Translations under genes and position numbers: made by a program
Assembly (NCBI RefSeq): GCF_002105155.1
Contig: NW_019029012.1
Location: forward strand, 186,001 to 250,000
Length of the DNA stretch: 64,000 bases
Direction of reading: 5' to 3'
From: Lobosporangium transversale
Lineage: Eukaryota
Shown here: positions 39,201 through 53,792 of the stretch, piece after piece
Position numbering within the stretch: position 1 is the stretch's first letter
Layout of the letters: each line of letters opens with the position of its first letter
The notes under the pieces: model-generated
What the model saw: the letters and a program-made list of their open reading frames with translations, nothing else
The model's database searches: none
What the model was told of the DNA's origin: nothing

Positions 39201-42200
39201 TAGCAAGGAGGGGAAGCACTGAAGAAAAGAAAAGAAAAAAAAAGAAAACAAAAAAGAAATGGAAGCACAAATGAAAGCATAATAAGAAAGAGAAGCACAG
39301 AAGGGAAACAAACGAAAGTATAACAAGGAAAACAAAACACACACATACACGCACACACAAAGAGAAACAAAGGAAGTTATAATAAGAAAAGGAAGCTATA
39401 ATAAGAAAAGGGAGAAAACAAATGAAAACAACGTAAGAAAGCGAAGTATCGAAGGGAAACAAAGGAAAGGATAACTCGAAAGTGAAGCGTCGAAGAGAAG
39501 TACATGAAAGTATATTTAAAAAGTGACGAGCCAAGGAAAACAAATGAGGAAGTGAAGCAGCAAGAAAGAAAGCATAACAAGGAAGTGAAGCAGGGAAGAA
39601 AAACAAAGGATAGCATAGTAAAAAGGTGAAGTGTCGAGAAAAGCAAATGAAAAAATAACAAGAAAGCGAAGCAATGAAGGAAAGCGTAATAGAACATAAC
39701 ACGAAAGAGATGCGCCCAGGATAACATAGAAAAGGATAACAAAAGTGAAGTACCGAAAAAGAGATGAAAGCATAACAGGAAAGCCAAGCATGGAAGAAAG
39801 AAATGAAAGCGTAGCAACCAAGTGAGGCATTGAAGGATAAAATATGGAAGCGTAAAAAAGAAGTGAACCATCAAAGGCTAACAAGAGAGTGAAGCACCAA
39901 AGGATAACAAAAAAGCAACCATCAAAAGATAACAGGAAATGAACTAGCAAAGAATAACAAGGGAAGCACCAAAGGATAACAAGGGAAGCACCAAAGGATA
40001 ACAAGGGAAGCACCAAAGGATAACAAGGGAAGCACCAAAGGATAACAAGGGAAGCACCAAAGGATAACAAGGGAAGCACCAAAGGATAACAAGGGAAGCA
40101 CCAAAGGATAACAAGGGAAGCACCAAAGGATAACAAGGGAAGCACCAAAGGATAACAAGGGAAGCACCAAAGGATAACAAGGGAAGCACCAAAGGATAAC
40201 AAGGGAAGCACCAAAGGATAACAAGGGAAGCACCAAAGGATAACAAGGAAATGAACCATCAAAGCGCAGCAAGAAAGTGAAGCAGCAAAGAATAATAAGA
40301 AAGGAAGTATCAAAGGATAGCAAGAAAGTGAACCAGCAAAGCATAGCAAGAAAGTGAACCAGCAAAGAATAACAAGGAAATGAACTAGCAAAGGATAGTA
40401 AGAAAGAGAACCAGCAAAGAAGAATGAGTCAAAAGATAACAAGCGTTAAAGAAATACAAACGAAAGCATGACAAGAAAGTAGAAAGAGAAACAAACAGAA
40501 GCATAGCAAAAAAGTGAAAGCAAACGAAAGTACAGGAAAGAAAGCGAATACCGGGAAGAAGTTTTTTTTTATATTTTTTTTCTTCAAGGGTAAGGGACTG
40601 TATAGGGTGGTAGGGTGGACAGTCTCAGGTAAGTAAGGTAAGTACCAAGAAGTCAATGAAAGTAAAAGTAAGAAAAGAAAACACCAAATAACGAAATGCA
40701 AAGAAAAAGTAAACGAAAGTACTAACGAAGAAGAGAAGTAGCAGAAAAGGCTAATAAAGTGCGGGACAGGACAAAAAAGCAAGAAAGACTACACCATTAG
40801 ATGTCCAACCCTGTATCAAAGGCGCGTCTCCAGAACATTTGGACACTCTCGCTTTCGAACACTCGTGAAAAAAAGGCAAGAGTATAATTATATCTGTGAA
40901 TGTGCTATTATTATTTGATTGATACCTGATTTACATGTTGCTTCATCGGAGCAATCCAGCACTTGCACTAATTATTCTTTCATATCTTTTTACTACTATT
41001 ATCTTTATAACAATGAGGATGTAAACAAGACCTGCCGCTACCGTATAATTAATGGTATCATAAATAGAGATTTAATGTTTCTACTATAATGAAGTATTCT
41101 TGATTCAGGCCTCATTTCTTGCAGACTTCTGCTTTTGGTGCCTGATGTTTGTTCTTGTTTTCTTTTATCTTGTGAACGAGGCATCTCTTAGATGAATATT
41201 ATTATACCCGAAGAGAGGCGTCTTTGATGAGAGGACATACAAGAAAGGCAAACCTTCGCCTACGACGGAGTTACAACACCACCAATCCCTCTTCTGCTGA
41301 AATGACTTTCCGCCCAGTGTGGTGTCATGAGAAAAAGTAAAATTTATTATTTTAGATATTTTATTGGCCATAATGGGTACGATCTTCATGCAGTTCTTTA
41401 ATAGAAGATTGTTGGCATATGCTCTTTTTCAATAGTTCTAGATTCTCGGCGCTGATTGTTTTTGAAATGGGGGCCTTTATGGCTCTAAGATCATCAAGTT
41501 GTCATCCCCATAACACGAATATTTTGACTTGGGCCTCCTCTTGTTCAACAGGAAATGTTCAGAATGTTAACACTCTTGTGGTATTGGAAGAGATGGCAAC
41601 TGTTATGGTTTGTGGAGTATCCATATAACAACGTTAAACTACTTGACATCCATGTTCAGGAAGTGTGAACGACAATAAAACATGTGAAACACGGAAACAA
41701 CCAAAGCTGTATTTTTCTCTTACAGGTGACCTACGAAATGAAGTGGTCCATTGTATGGTGAGCGTCTTCGTTTGAGGCAAGATATTCCTTGCAGTGATAT
41801 ACATGAGACTGATATAGTTTTTTACTATCATGTCAACATTTTCATTTCTCTATTTCAGAAAAAAAAGAAAACTCATGTTGGTATGCTTAGTACATCAGTA
41901 CGATACACTGTTTATATTCATTCTACCAGGCCCTGAATTGAGCGTATACATCACAAGTATCAAAGTAACTACTAGTACAGTATCTCAAAGTTTTTCAAAG
42001 AAGATATCGCTATTCAAGGATGTCTACTTGGCAGACCTGTTTTTCCATCTGAAGTTTTGTCTCACAGATGCTAGTCTTTGTTCGTTCTCGTCCTCTATTC
42101 TCCTGTCAATAATTATGAAGTCTTGTAGTTTTTCACAGCACATGATCATAGAAGAAAATATGGAGATGAGAATTCGATTTACAAACTCGATAGTATCACT

Positions 42201-42463
42201 ATCTAATGAAGAACAGGCTCATTACAACCTGGGGCTTCATACGGCCCCCCGCAAAGAAAGCGGAAAGAGCGGAGCGCTGAACATTGCTGTCTTTGGACCT
42301 TGACTTTTTTGCTCAATCCTTTTTAGCTGACCAAGTTGAATAATATGACGACTTAGACTTATTATCCGAAAGCCGGGACCATATATATCCCCTCCCCCCT
42401 TTTCTCTCTCATTCTTGCTTTTCTTTCTTCATGTACTGGCTCACTATCAAGAAGATACGGATC
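34782..42463. repeat. Right arm of ~7.7-kb near-perfect inverted duplication
   Basis: Reverse complement of 23807-31509; differs mainly in homopolymer/low-complexity tracts and in having 13 rather than 14 copies of the 22-bp unit. Confidence 0.97.
39954..40248 (-). repeat. 22-bp minisatellite x13 (mirror of 26022-26338)
   Basis: GAAGCACCAAAGGATAACAAGG repeated from 39963 to 40248 (286 bp = 13 units). Confidence 0.95.
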
Positions 42464-42643
42464 CACTTACCAGCATCCGAAACTCTAAAAGGATATCTGT
42501 AATAAGGTACAGGCTTGTACTTAGTCATCGTTTTCTATACCATGCTCTGATGGAGTGCTACAATTCTTCTGATATTGGAAATGGCAAGAGGAGAAGAGGA
42601 GCGTCTTTATATTATTATTATTATTTCTATTTTATTATTAGAC

Positions 42644-42990
42644 TCCTTTCGTGCTTGAGAGGGTGTGATCAGCAACCAGGCTGGTGAGCTGGTTTGTTCA
42701 TCACTACGGGTATGGGCCTTCAGCCTCTGCCAGGAGTTTCTCTGCAACTGGTCATGCTCATTGTCGCGTACTTGATGCCTACAAGTATGGAGCAGAGTAA
42801 GGTGCCTATTTTTTATTTTTTTTCTATTCCTTTCGTGTTTGAGAGGGTGTGATCAGCAATCAAAAAGATGATGGGTCGGTTGCTCATCAATACGGGTACG
42901 GACTTTCAGCCTCTTCCAGAAGTGACTCTGCAACTGGCCATGCTCATTGTCGTGAACTTGACGCCTCTCAATTATGGAGCAGAGCGAGGA
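42644..42990 (+). repeat. Diverged tandem direct duplication, ~185-bp period, two copies
   Basis: TCCTTTCGTG(C/T)TTGAGAGGGTGTGATCAGCAA...TCAGCCTCT.CCAG...CTCTGCAACTGG.CATGCTCATTGTCG...TATGGAGCAGAG at ~42644-42800 and ~42828-42990. Confidence 0.85.
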
Positions 42991-43438
42991 ATTATTTTTA
43001 TTCATTTTATTTCAATAACAGTTGGGAAAGTGCACTTTTTTATACATAAATATAGTGGCTAATATATTTATTCTTCCTTGATATCATTTAGAAAGCTTGT
43101 ATTATTTAGCAATCACCAACATCTGGACTTTAAAGCGTCGTGTATTTTTATTACATATTCGGTTATAGCACAGGAAATCCTAAGGCTAAGACACTGATCA
43201 ATATAGTGAATACAATAGGAGTTGCATTTAAGATAATAAATTGTTTGTCTCTTTTTACAAGTACTTCATTAATATTGCGCAACCTGAATATGATTTTTTT
43301 TTTTTTTTTGTCAGCCAGTTGAAAAGAATTGCTGTGATATAGCTGGATGCAATAGCAATAGTCGAAAAGTCATGACATTTGCCGTTTTAGGCAAATGTCA
43401 CATTTTTTGTTTTGATGTTTGAAGGACACTAATATGAG

Positions 43439-45190
43439 CTAATGACTCAAGCTTCTTGTTGAGAAGAACATTTCCAAGAATCGGAATGGAAGTTGATTCT
43501 TTAGAGAAAATCTTTCAATAATCGAGGTAACTGCTCCATCTGAGCTGCATTGTTCCCTTAAATCCTTGATCATGTTGATCTGAAGTGATGCATTGTTCCC
43601 TTTTTGAAGAACTTCCTTTGCAATATTCTGAAAGATCACTCCAGATCATTGCATTTCCAGAGTGATTTTGATCAAACTTTGATAACGTGAAGACCGTATA
43701 GGGCCGACAAGTCAAACTTCTTGTGATATGACCCGAAGCACGACAGAGCAAGTAAGTTGAAGCATGTGTTGTTGGCCAGACATCCTTGTATCGTGTCTTA
43801 GTGGGCGGTGATAGAGTGGTTGGGATGGCTACTCCTTTTATGGTACCAAACGGTTCTCGATGAGCGTCCACATCTTTTGTTCTTCCATATGATTCGACTG
43901 TATTTAACATGACAGCTTCGTTGTTGTTGCAATTCAATAGAATTGAACCTGCTAAAAGCTGGGCACAAGCAAACTTGAATTGTGGGCGAAACTCCCAGTC
44001 TCGATTCAACAGCTCACACATGCTATCTGTGAGCTCAACAAAAGTTCTTGACTTCAAGATTTCTGAATGCGGTGACATTGACAATAGATTAGTCATTCCA
44101 GATAATATTGATGGTGTGCAGTTGGAGCACGAAACATTAGTGGATTGCTTTGCTTTTTCAAAATTGGTGTGAATTGAAGTTGGCCACTAGGGAATCTCTT
44201 CATGATGTTCAGGTGTCAAAGGAGGTTTTGCTCATTACCACAAGAACCGTTGCTGAAATTGGATGCATTCCCATTGTATCAGTAATAAATAGACTTTTTG
44301 CTTGCTCACCTTCTGATGCATGAATCTGTTGGCAGGCATAAATCACCCCTTCATCGAAGTCTCTTCCAGTTGGAAGTTGCTTGGTGATCGGCATTATGAA
44401 AGGGTCTTTACTGACAGCTGGGATCAGTGCTCCTATTCGATTCGAACAGGTCGGATTTGAATGGCTTCGAATAAGCCCTATCCTGGATCGATTCGAATGA
44501 CACGAATGGTTCAAATGGTTCGCTAATTTTCTGACCAGATCTTGGCGTATATGAGCATGTCATTTGATGGCAATCCAGAACATGTAGTCGTAGCTGGTCC
44601 TCCTCTTTGAACGGTCGCATTTTATTGACACTGTTGTCATCTTGTCAGATGCTACAATCGGGTCAAGTAAGGGTCTAGAACCGACGCGTGAACGCCAAAA
44701 TGAAATCTGAATTTAGGCTTGATTTTAAAGTCCGTTTAACAAAAAAATTGTGGTTAGTAAATGACGAAGTTTTAAAGAATACAAGCTCCATTTGTCGCTC
44801 AGAGCCATTCATGCTTAAAGCCAACTTTGTCACAATTTTTGGTGCAGTCTCGATTAATGCTGAATGGACTACTATATCTAGCGTCCTCTTTTGTACATTG
44901 GATATAGCAGCATGCAGTAAGTACCTGGTGCTCGAAGAAGGAACAACAGTTTACAATGTGCCGTCCATTGATACCTTCACTGAGGACAATCCTGTGTTGA
45001 TGAGAAGCACAGGAGCTCCTGTATTGTTGACATTCAACAAAAAAAGGCTCACCGCTGTAGGTCAATGTACCTTTTTGATCGTGACATCTAGCTATAATCC
45101 AGTGACAGCAACGGTTAGAGACGCATCAACGTATTTATGCGATCCTAATGCTTCCTGTCTATTGACGTTTTTATTGAGAGAAGCTCACTA
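43439..45190 (-). pseudogene. Degenerate coding-like region of unknown family
   Basis: Protein-like minus-strand ORF 43515-44096 with overlapping frame-shifted fragments (43439-43639, 44209-44514) and an upstream minus frame broken by stops. No motif recognised. Confidence 0.35.
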
Positions 45191-45578
45191 ATTAAAAGCG
45201 GATTTTTACTTGAAAAGACTGAAATAATAATTCCTTGTGCAAATAAAAAAATTTATTAGTGTGAATAAGGGGCCATGTAAATATCTTTTTTCAATATTAA
45301 ATTGGCCACACATATACGAAAAGAATTAGGTGTGCTGCGCACGCTGATGTTCATGCAAGCAGGGGAATGATTGTTGCTGCGGAACAGGTACTGGGTTACT
45401 GTTTTGCAATTGTTTAGCCGTTCTAGCCGCCGCAATTTTGTCATCCTTGTTTTGCCGTGACGCAAATATTTAAAAGTTGGTATTTTTTTTTACAGTCTTT
45501 GACTCTTTGACTCTTTAACATCCAATTTCTCTCTCGCCTTCATCTTAATTTCCCTCGCTACAATTACACACATAAAGT

Positions 45579-46763
45579 ATGTCTGGAGTTGATACACCAC
45601 GCATTATCCTCGGGTAAGATTACAATTGGCCTGTTTCTACGATTTGCTTTGAACACACTTTAATGGAGATGTCATAGTAAATGGAGCAAAGCAAGGCCCT
45701 CACTCAAGCTTTCTACACCCTTTCTCCTTAGCACCATGACCTTCGGATTAGAGGGATCTGATGCGGCTGCTACGACCGTTCGTGTGCGCGGTAGTGAGAA
45801 CATCAAAGCCTATTTGGATGAGTTCCATGCTCACGGTCATGTAGAGCTTGATACCGCCAGGGTTTATTGTGGAGGTGACACTGAGATTGTAAGAAACTTT
45901 TGAGCTGATAGCCCTTTGTAACATTTTTCATGAACATAAGAAAGAAGAGAAAAAAGACCACACATAAATGGTTTTTTTTTTTTTTTTTTTAGGCTTTGGG
46001 TCAGTTGCCGACAGAACCTTTCAAAATTGCGACCAAAGTTTGGCCCACAGTCCCCAAAGCGCATGCTTTAGAGCATCTGAGGAGGACGCTCCAAGAGTCA
46101 TTGACGGCGTTGAAGCTCAAGAAAATTGACATTTTTTATTTGCACGCGCCTGACTATACGACTTCATTTGAGGAAACTGTCAAAGCTGTGGATGAGCTCT
46201 ACCGCGAAGGGCTTTTTGAACGGGTAATAGATAATCGTTTTTTTTGCTCGTGATGGATGGCAATGGGCCAAAGACCAGCCATAAATTATAACTTATTTTT
46301 CTCTTTTACAATTTAATTGTAACGGCTCTCATTAGTTTGGATTGTCCAACTTTGCAGCGTGGCAAGTGGCATTGATCCATCAGCTTTGTAAGCAACATGG
46401 ATATGTTCTCCCAGTCGTTTATCAAGGAATGGTATGATTCCCAGGTATTTTCTTCGATATTCAAGATACTTTCGGATGTTCTCACACTTATGTGTCTTTT
46501 TTTTTTTTTTTTTTCCTCAGTACAATGCGATCACAAGAGATGTTGTCAGAGAACTCTTCCCTTGTCTCAAGGCTCTCAACATCGCGTTCTACGCTTATAA
46601 CCCAATCGTAAGAATGAATCATTGTCTAAGCATATCCTCCTTTTACGCTTCATGACATCTGATACATCTCTTTTTTTTCTCTTAGGCTGGAGGCCTTCTT
46701 TCGGGTAGATATAATTTTGATAGCAATGATGCTCAGGATGGTGGACGCTTTGCTACGAAGGTA

Positions 46764-46798
<35 letters not shown>

Positions 46799-46947
46799 GA
46801 AAAAAAACTAATTGTGACTCGATGCTCAATGATTAAAATGGCGATTAACCATGTCGGTTTTACTTATACATGTAGACCGAAGTCGGAAAAATGTAAGGCA
46901 TTGTGTCATGATTAGGAATAAAGCAAAATGGCTATGTATTTTTTCTA

Positions 46948-46987
<40 letters not shown>

Positions 46988-47319
46988 GCTATCGTGAACG
47001 TTACTGGAATAACTTGTTCTTTGAGGCTGTCAAGAAAGTGGAAAAGGCAGCCAAGGATAACAATCTGACCTTGATTGAGACTGCTTTACGTTGGATGTCG
47101 CATCACTCCGATCTGGGTCCACAGGATGGTATTATTATTGGTGCATCTTCAATGCAGCACCTGAAGGACAATTTGCGGGATTTAGAGAAAGGTCCCTTGC
47201 CACAACATGTTGTTGAGGCATTGGATGAAGCCTGGGAGCATGTCAGAGTTGCATGTCCCTCATACTTCAAGACTGCAGCAGCTGCTCAAACCGTATCTAA
47301 TGTTTTTAGGAAGTTATAG
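45579..47319 (+). CDS. Aldo-keto reductase, aflatoxin aldehyde reductase (AKR7)-like, multi-exon
   Basis: PRIILG|TMTFG...ELDTARVYCGGDTE; KIATKVWP; IDIFYLHAPD; FGLSNFAAWQV; VYQGM|YNAITR; FYAYNPI|AGGLL; ALRWMSHHS...IIIGASS...LEKGPLP. Confidence 0.93.
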
Positions 47320-48179
47320 AAGTAGAACCCAGTCATATCCTAAAAAAAATTCCTTCTTCATTCTCATTGATTTCATCTCTTCTGAATGACATTAATGACA
47401 TTATATTTGTAGATTCAAAACTAATAAACCAAATGAACACAATGAACCAGAAATGAACACGACCAACCTTGATGATCACGAAAAAAAAAAAAAAAAAAAA
47501 AAAAAAAACGCGACATGCACGAAGAAAAAACAGCGATGAACAAAAGAGCATTAGAGCACGTGATCATGATGAATTTGATATACCCCTTAAACTCATCATC
47601 ATAAGAAATAGAAAATAAAAAAAAGAGAGAAAAGTGAAGATACGGAGCCTAGAATGAAGTGTAGTGAGTCTTTGGTAGAAGAGGAGGACTCTAGAATCCC
47701 CTTGCATATGCCAAAATGCGAAAGTTGACTGACGTCAATCTTTTTGCCATTTATGCACGTTTGGCAGGCAAAGTGAAAAAACAAGAAAGCTCCTGAACAT
47801 CGCTTCAATCCTCACAGTAACCCGCCTTGAACTTCCTCATCATCCCTGGAGAAAGGTGGCACTCCTTCAGGGCTATTACACACAGACACACTCACATTGC
47901 CTCAATAAACCATTGGCTCGACCCGTTCCCTGGAATTAGTACCAACCAAAATTAGAAAAATGGTCCCTGCATATGCATATCTTCCATACTTAGGAGATAC
48001 ATAAATTTGCTTCAATATCATGCTTGCGTACATAATCCCTCTTTCATTCAAAAATCCTTCCACCAGCGGCCAGGAAATGTATAAAAGCCAAGGCAGGGAA
48101 CCCTCTCTCCCTCACCACAATACATCCACACACTTTATCAAACCTCATTAACTTTTTTAAAAAATAAAAAAATAAAAAA

Positions 48180-48476
48180 ATGAATAAGATCATATCGCTT
48201 CTCTTGGCTTCCTCAGCTCTCTTGTCTACATTTGCGCCTACTGTTTCTGCAGACCCCTGGCAGGGCCAAGTCCTTGCGGCCCATAACTCTGCCCGCGCAC
48301 AATACGGCGCCAGGCCATTGATGTGGAGCGATGCCTTATATCCCGGGGCCTTGCATCATGCGCAAACTTGCAAGTTTGGACACAGTAATGCTCAATTTCG
48401 TGTAAGTGCTCTTTTTTTTCTTTTTTTCCTTTTTTAAGATTTGGAATGAATCTAAGGCTCCTTTTCTACTTTTCTC

Positions 48477-48507
<31 letters not shown>

Positions 48508-49015
48508 CCATCGTTCATAAAGTATGGAGAGAACCTTTATGCTACTGGAGCCCCTGCTGGCGGCATTAACGATGCCATGGGAGCATGGATGGGTCAAGCT
48601 GCGAAGTATAACTACAATAATCCTGTGTTCAGTCCGAGTTATGGTAAGAGAGAAAGAAAGGCACAGAGAGGGAGAAATTGAGAGAGAGTTTGTGTGCCTA
48701 CGCTTGACTCTCCTCTATAGGATGCACATTTGTTTTCTACTCAAAAGCTCAACATGATGAATGCATGTATTTATATATTTGGCATAAACTAAAACTCACT
48801 CCACTCCACTCGTTTGCTCCCATTTTCCTCAAATAGGTCAATTCACCCAAGTTGTCTGGAGATCCACAACACATGTCGCATGTGCCATAGTGGTATGTCC
48901 TCCCCATTCGACCATTCCTGATTTCCCTGGCAATGTGAAATACATTGTTTGTCACTATGCTCCTCCGGGCAATTACCCTGGCCAATTTGCTCGAAATGTC
49001 GGCCGCCATGTGTAA
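48180..49015 (+). CDS. Secreted CAP/SCP/PR-1-like protein (Pry-like), 3 exons
   Basis: Signal peptide MNKIISLLLASSALLSTFAPTVSA; VLAAHNSARAQYGARPLMWS; YGENL; GQFTQVVWRSTTHVACA; VCHYAPPGNYPGQFARNV. Confidence 0.93.
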
Positions 49016-49525
49016 AAGACATGCGGTATCCCGTTTCTCTCATATAAATACTTAAATATAAGATTAAATTAGTAAATATACAAATAAAAGAAGAATGGAA
49101 AGAGCGCAGCTGTTTAGGGTGCCATATTCGTTAAATTAATGGTAAAGTAAACAAGCACAAAAAGCCATAGAAACAATATCAATCTAATATTCAGAATCTT
49201 CCTTTACCATTGAAGAAAGACCTTTTTATTATTATTATCGCCTTGCTTGATCTATTTAATTGCGTTTCTCATCCTAAAGTACTATCTATAAAGTAGTTCA
49301 TATTCGGAATGAAATATTCTCACGTTAACTATGGCCAACTATATTACCTTGTCAAGGATCTCCAGTAAATAACTTGCCAAGGACATAAAACAAAAGATTT
49401 GCGTCTAAAGAGAAGCTGTTACCACAAGTAAGGTTTTCTTCTTTTTATATTTATATATATGTATATTAGTATTTCATTTTATTTTATTGTATTTCTTTTA
49501 GTGACAACTTTAGCAAGAGATGTGC

Positions 49526-51630
<2,105 letters not shown>

Positions 51631-52147
51631 GTTACTGCGCCGCGTCGGTTGAATGAGAATGGAAATGTGAAAATGAAAAAAGAAGCGTGAGAATGTTACA
51701 CTTCGCACTCGGAAAAAAAAAAAAAAAAAAAAAGAAAAACAACATTTATGGAACAGCCACGTGAAAAATACAGTCCTTCCCCGGTAGTCGATTTCCCAAT
51801 AAAAGTAACTTGCGTGCCAGCTGAGGTGCAAAGTCGGTTTATCATTATTTACGGGTTGCTATCACTTCACCACTGTCTACGCCTAATAGCCTTCTCATTA
51901 CTGAGGCGCAAGATGTACCATCGATGGACAGCAATTATCGTATTCGATGCTTTCTCGCAATTATAAATATAACTTCATGTCCTATATGTTGAAGGATTCG
52001 AGATGAGAGGAACTTCACTGTTCAATTCAAGCAAATAAGAATCCATGTATGATATCTCACAATCATGATATATTTTGGCAGTGGAATAGGAATCAAATAA
52101 ATAAATAGTTTTTATACAGTAAAGATTATCTTTTTCTTTTTCTTTTT

Positions 52148-53792
52148 TTACAACTTGGAACCATTGCTAAGGATCTGAGCACGACGTGCTCTGATTTTTT
52201 CATCCTTCTCGCGAATTTCGTCACCACGCATCAACTCGAACCGCGCCAACTGCATCATATGAACCTCGTCTGGACCATCAGCAATACGAAGCGTACGAGC
52301 GAGCGCATAGAAACGCGCTAATGGGAAGTCTTGACTGAGACCGGCAGCACCATGGGCCTGGATAGCTAAATCAACGGTGCGCTGCAACATTTGCGGTACC
52401 ATGATTTTGGCCATAGCAATATCACGCATTGCACCTTTGGCGTTCAGCTTGTCGATCTTGTCTGCAGCAGCAAGAACCATAAGACGAGCGGCATTGATTT
52501 CAATACGCATCTTGGCCACATCAGCAGCAACAGTACCGTGGCGGGCCAAGACCTTTCCGAATGTGCGACGTGAAGGGTTCGTAACACGGGAGATCATGAT
52601 GTCCAAAGTACGCTCTGCTACACCGATCGCACGCATGCTGTAAGATTGGATAAAAAAAAGATTTAGTTATTAATAATCTCAGTGTTTTAAAAAACCCATA
52701 ATAACTGATACCTGATGAAGTAACTATAAAGATGGGTATAATCCTCACCAGTGATGAATGCGGCCAGGTCCAAGACGTCCTTGAATAACTTCAAAGCCAC
52801 GTCCCTCTCCTGCAATGATGTTGGAGACAGGAACTTTGACGTTTGTGAATTTGACCTCACAATGTCCCTCCGGAGCATCATCGTACCCATACACGGTCAT
52901 AGGTCTGACTACCTCAATCCCTGGAGCATCTGCAGGAACGATGACAATTGACTGCTGTCTATACTTGTGCTCATTGTTAGGATCGGACTTGCCCATGACC
53001 AGGAAGACTTTGCAGCGAGGATCACCTGCACCTGAGATCCACCATTTGTGTCCATTGATAATATAGTGATCGCCCACACGCTCAATGCGAGTCTCAATGT
53101 TGGTAGCATCAGAGGACGAAACGGCAATCTCGGTCATGGCGAAAGCAGATCGGATTTCACCATTCATGAGAGGCACTAGATACTGTTGCTTTTGAGCGGG
53201 AGTGCCGTACTTTGCAAAGACCTCCATATTTCCGGTATCAGGTGCAGAGCAGTTGAGCGCTTCAGGAGCAACACGGGGACAACGACCTGTGATTTCACAA
53301 AGGGTGGCATATTCCAAGTTGGTGAGACCAGGACCCTCAGGGTAGCTCTTAGGAAGGAAAAGGTTCCAAAGACCGAGAGATTTGGCCTTTGCTTTAAGTT
53401 CTTCCATGATTGGGGGAACAGTCTATATCATTTCGGGAACATTGTGTGAGCTGGACGAATAAGAATTTTTGCCAAAGAGGCTTTTGACTGATGGCTAAAA
53501 AGACATTGAACATAAAATTTACCTTCCAACGCTGATCACCAGTTCCGACCTGGCTCTCATAGACTTCCTCCGCTGGCAAACAGTCATTCTAATAAAAAAC
53601 AGAATGGATAAAAAAAAAAGGCTTTATCTATCAGAGGCTGTTCTTGATTGAGTAGAAGGATGACGGTGAGGTAGTTGAAGTAGAGAAGTGTATTTGTTCC
53701 ATATCAGTTGATGATGGACATACTTCGACAAAGTCGATAAGCTTCTTCTGTAACTCCTGGCATCTTGGGGAGACCTCAAAGATGGATGTCAT
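52148..53792 (-). CDS. Acyl-CoA dehydrogenase (ACAD10/11-type dehydrogenase module), probably peroxisomal
   Basis: GLWNLFLP...[12 protein letters not shown]...SAFAMTE...SSDATNI...[14 protein letters not shown]...[17 protein letters not shown]...[13 protein letters not shown]; ends in SKL (PTS1). Confidence 0.95.
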
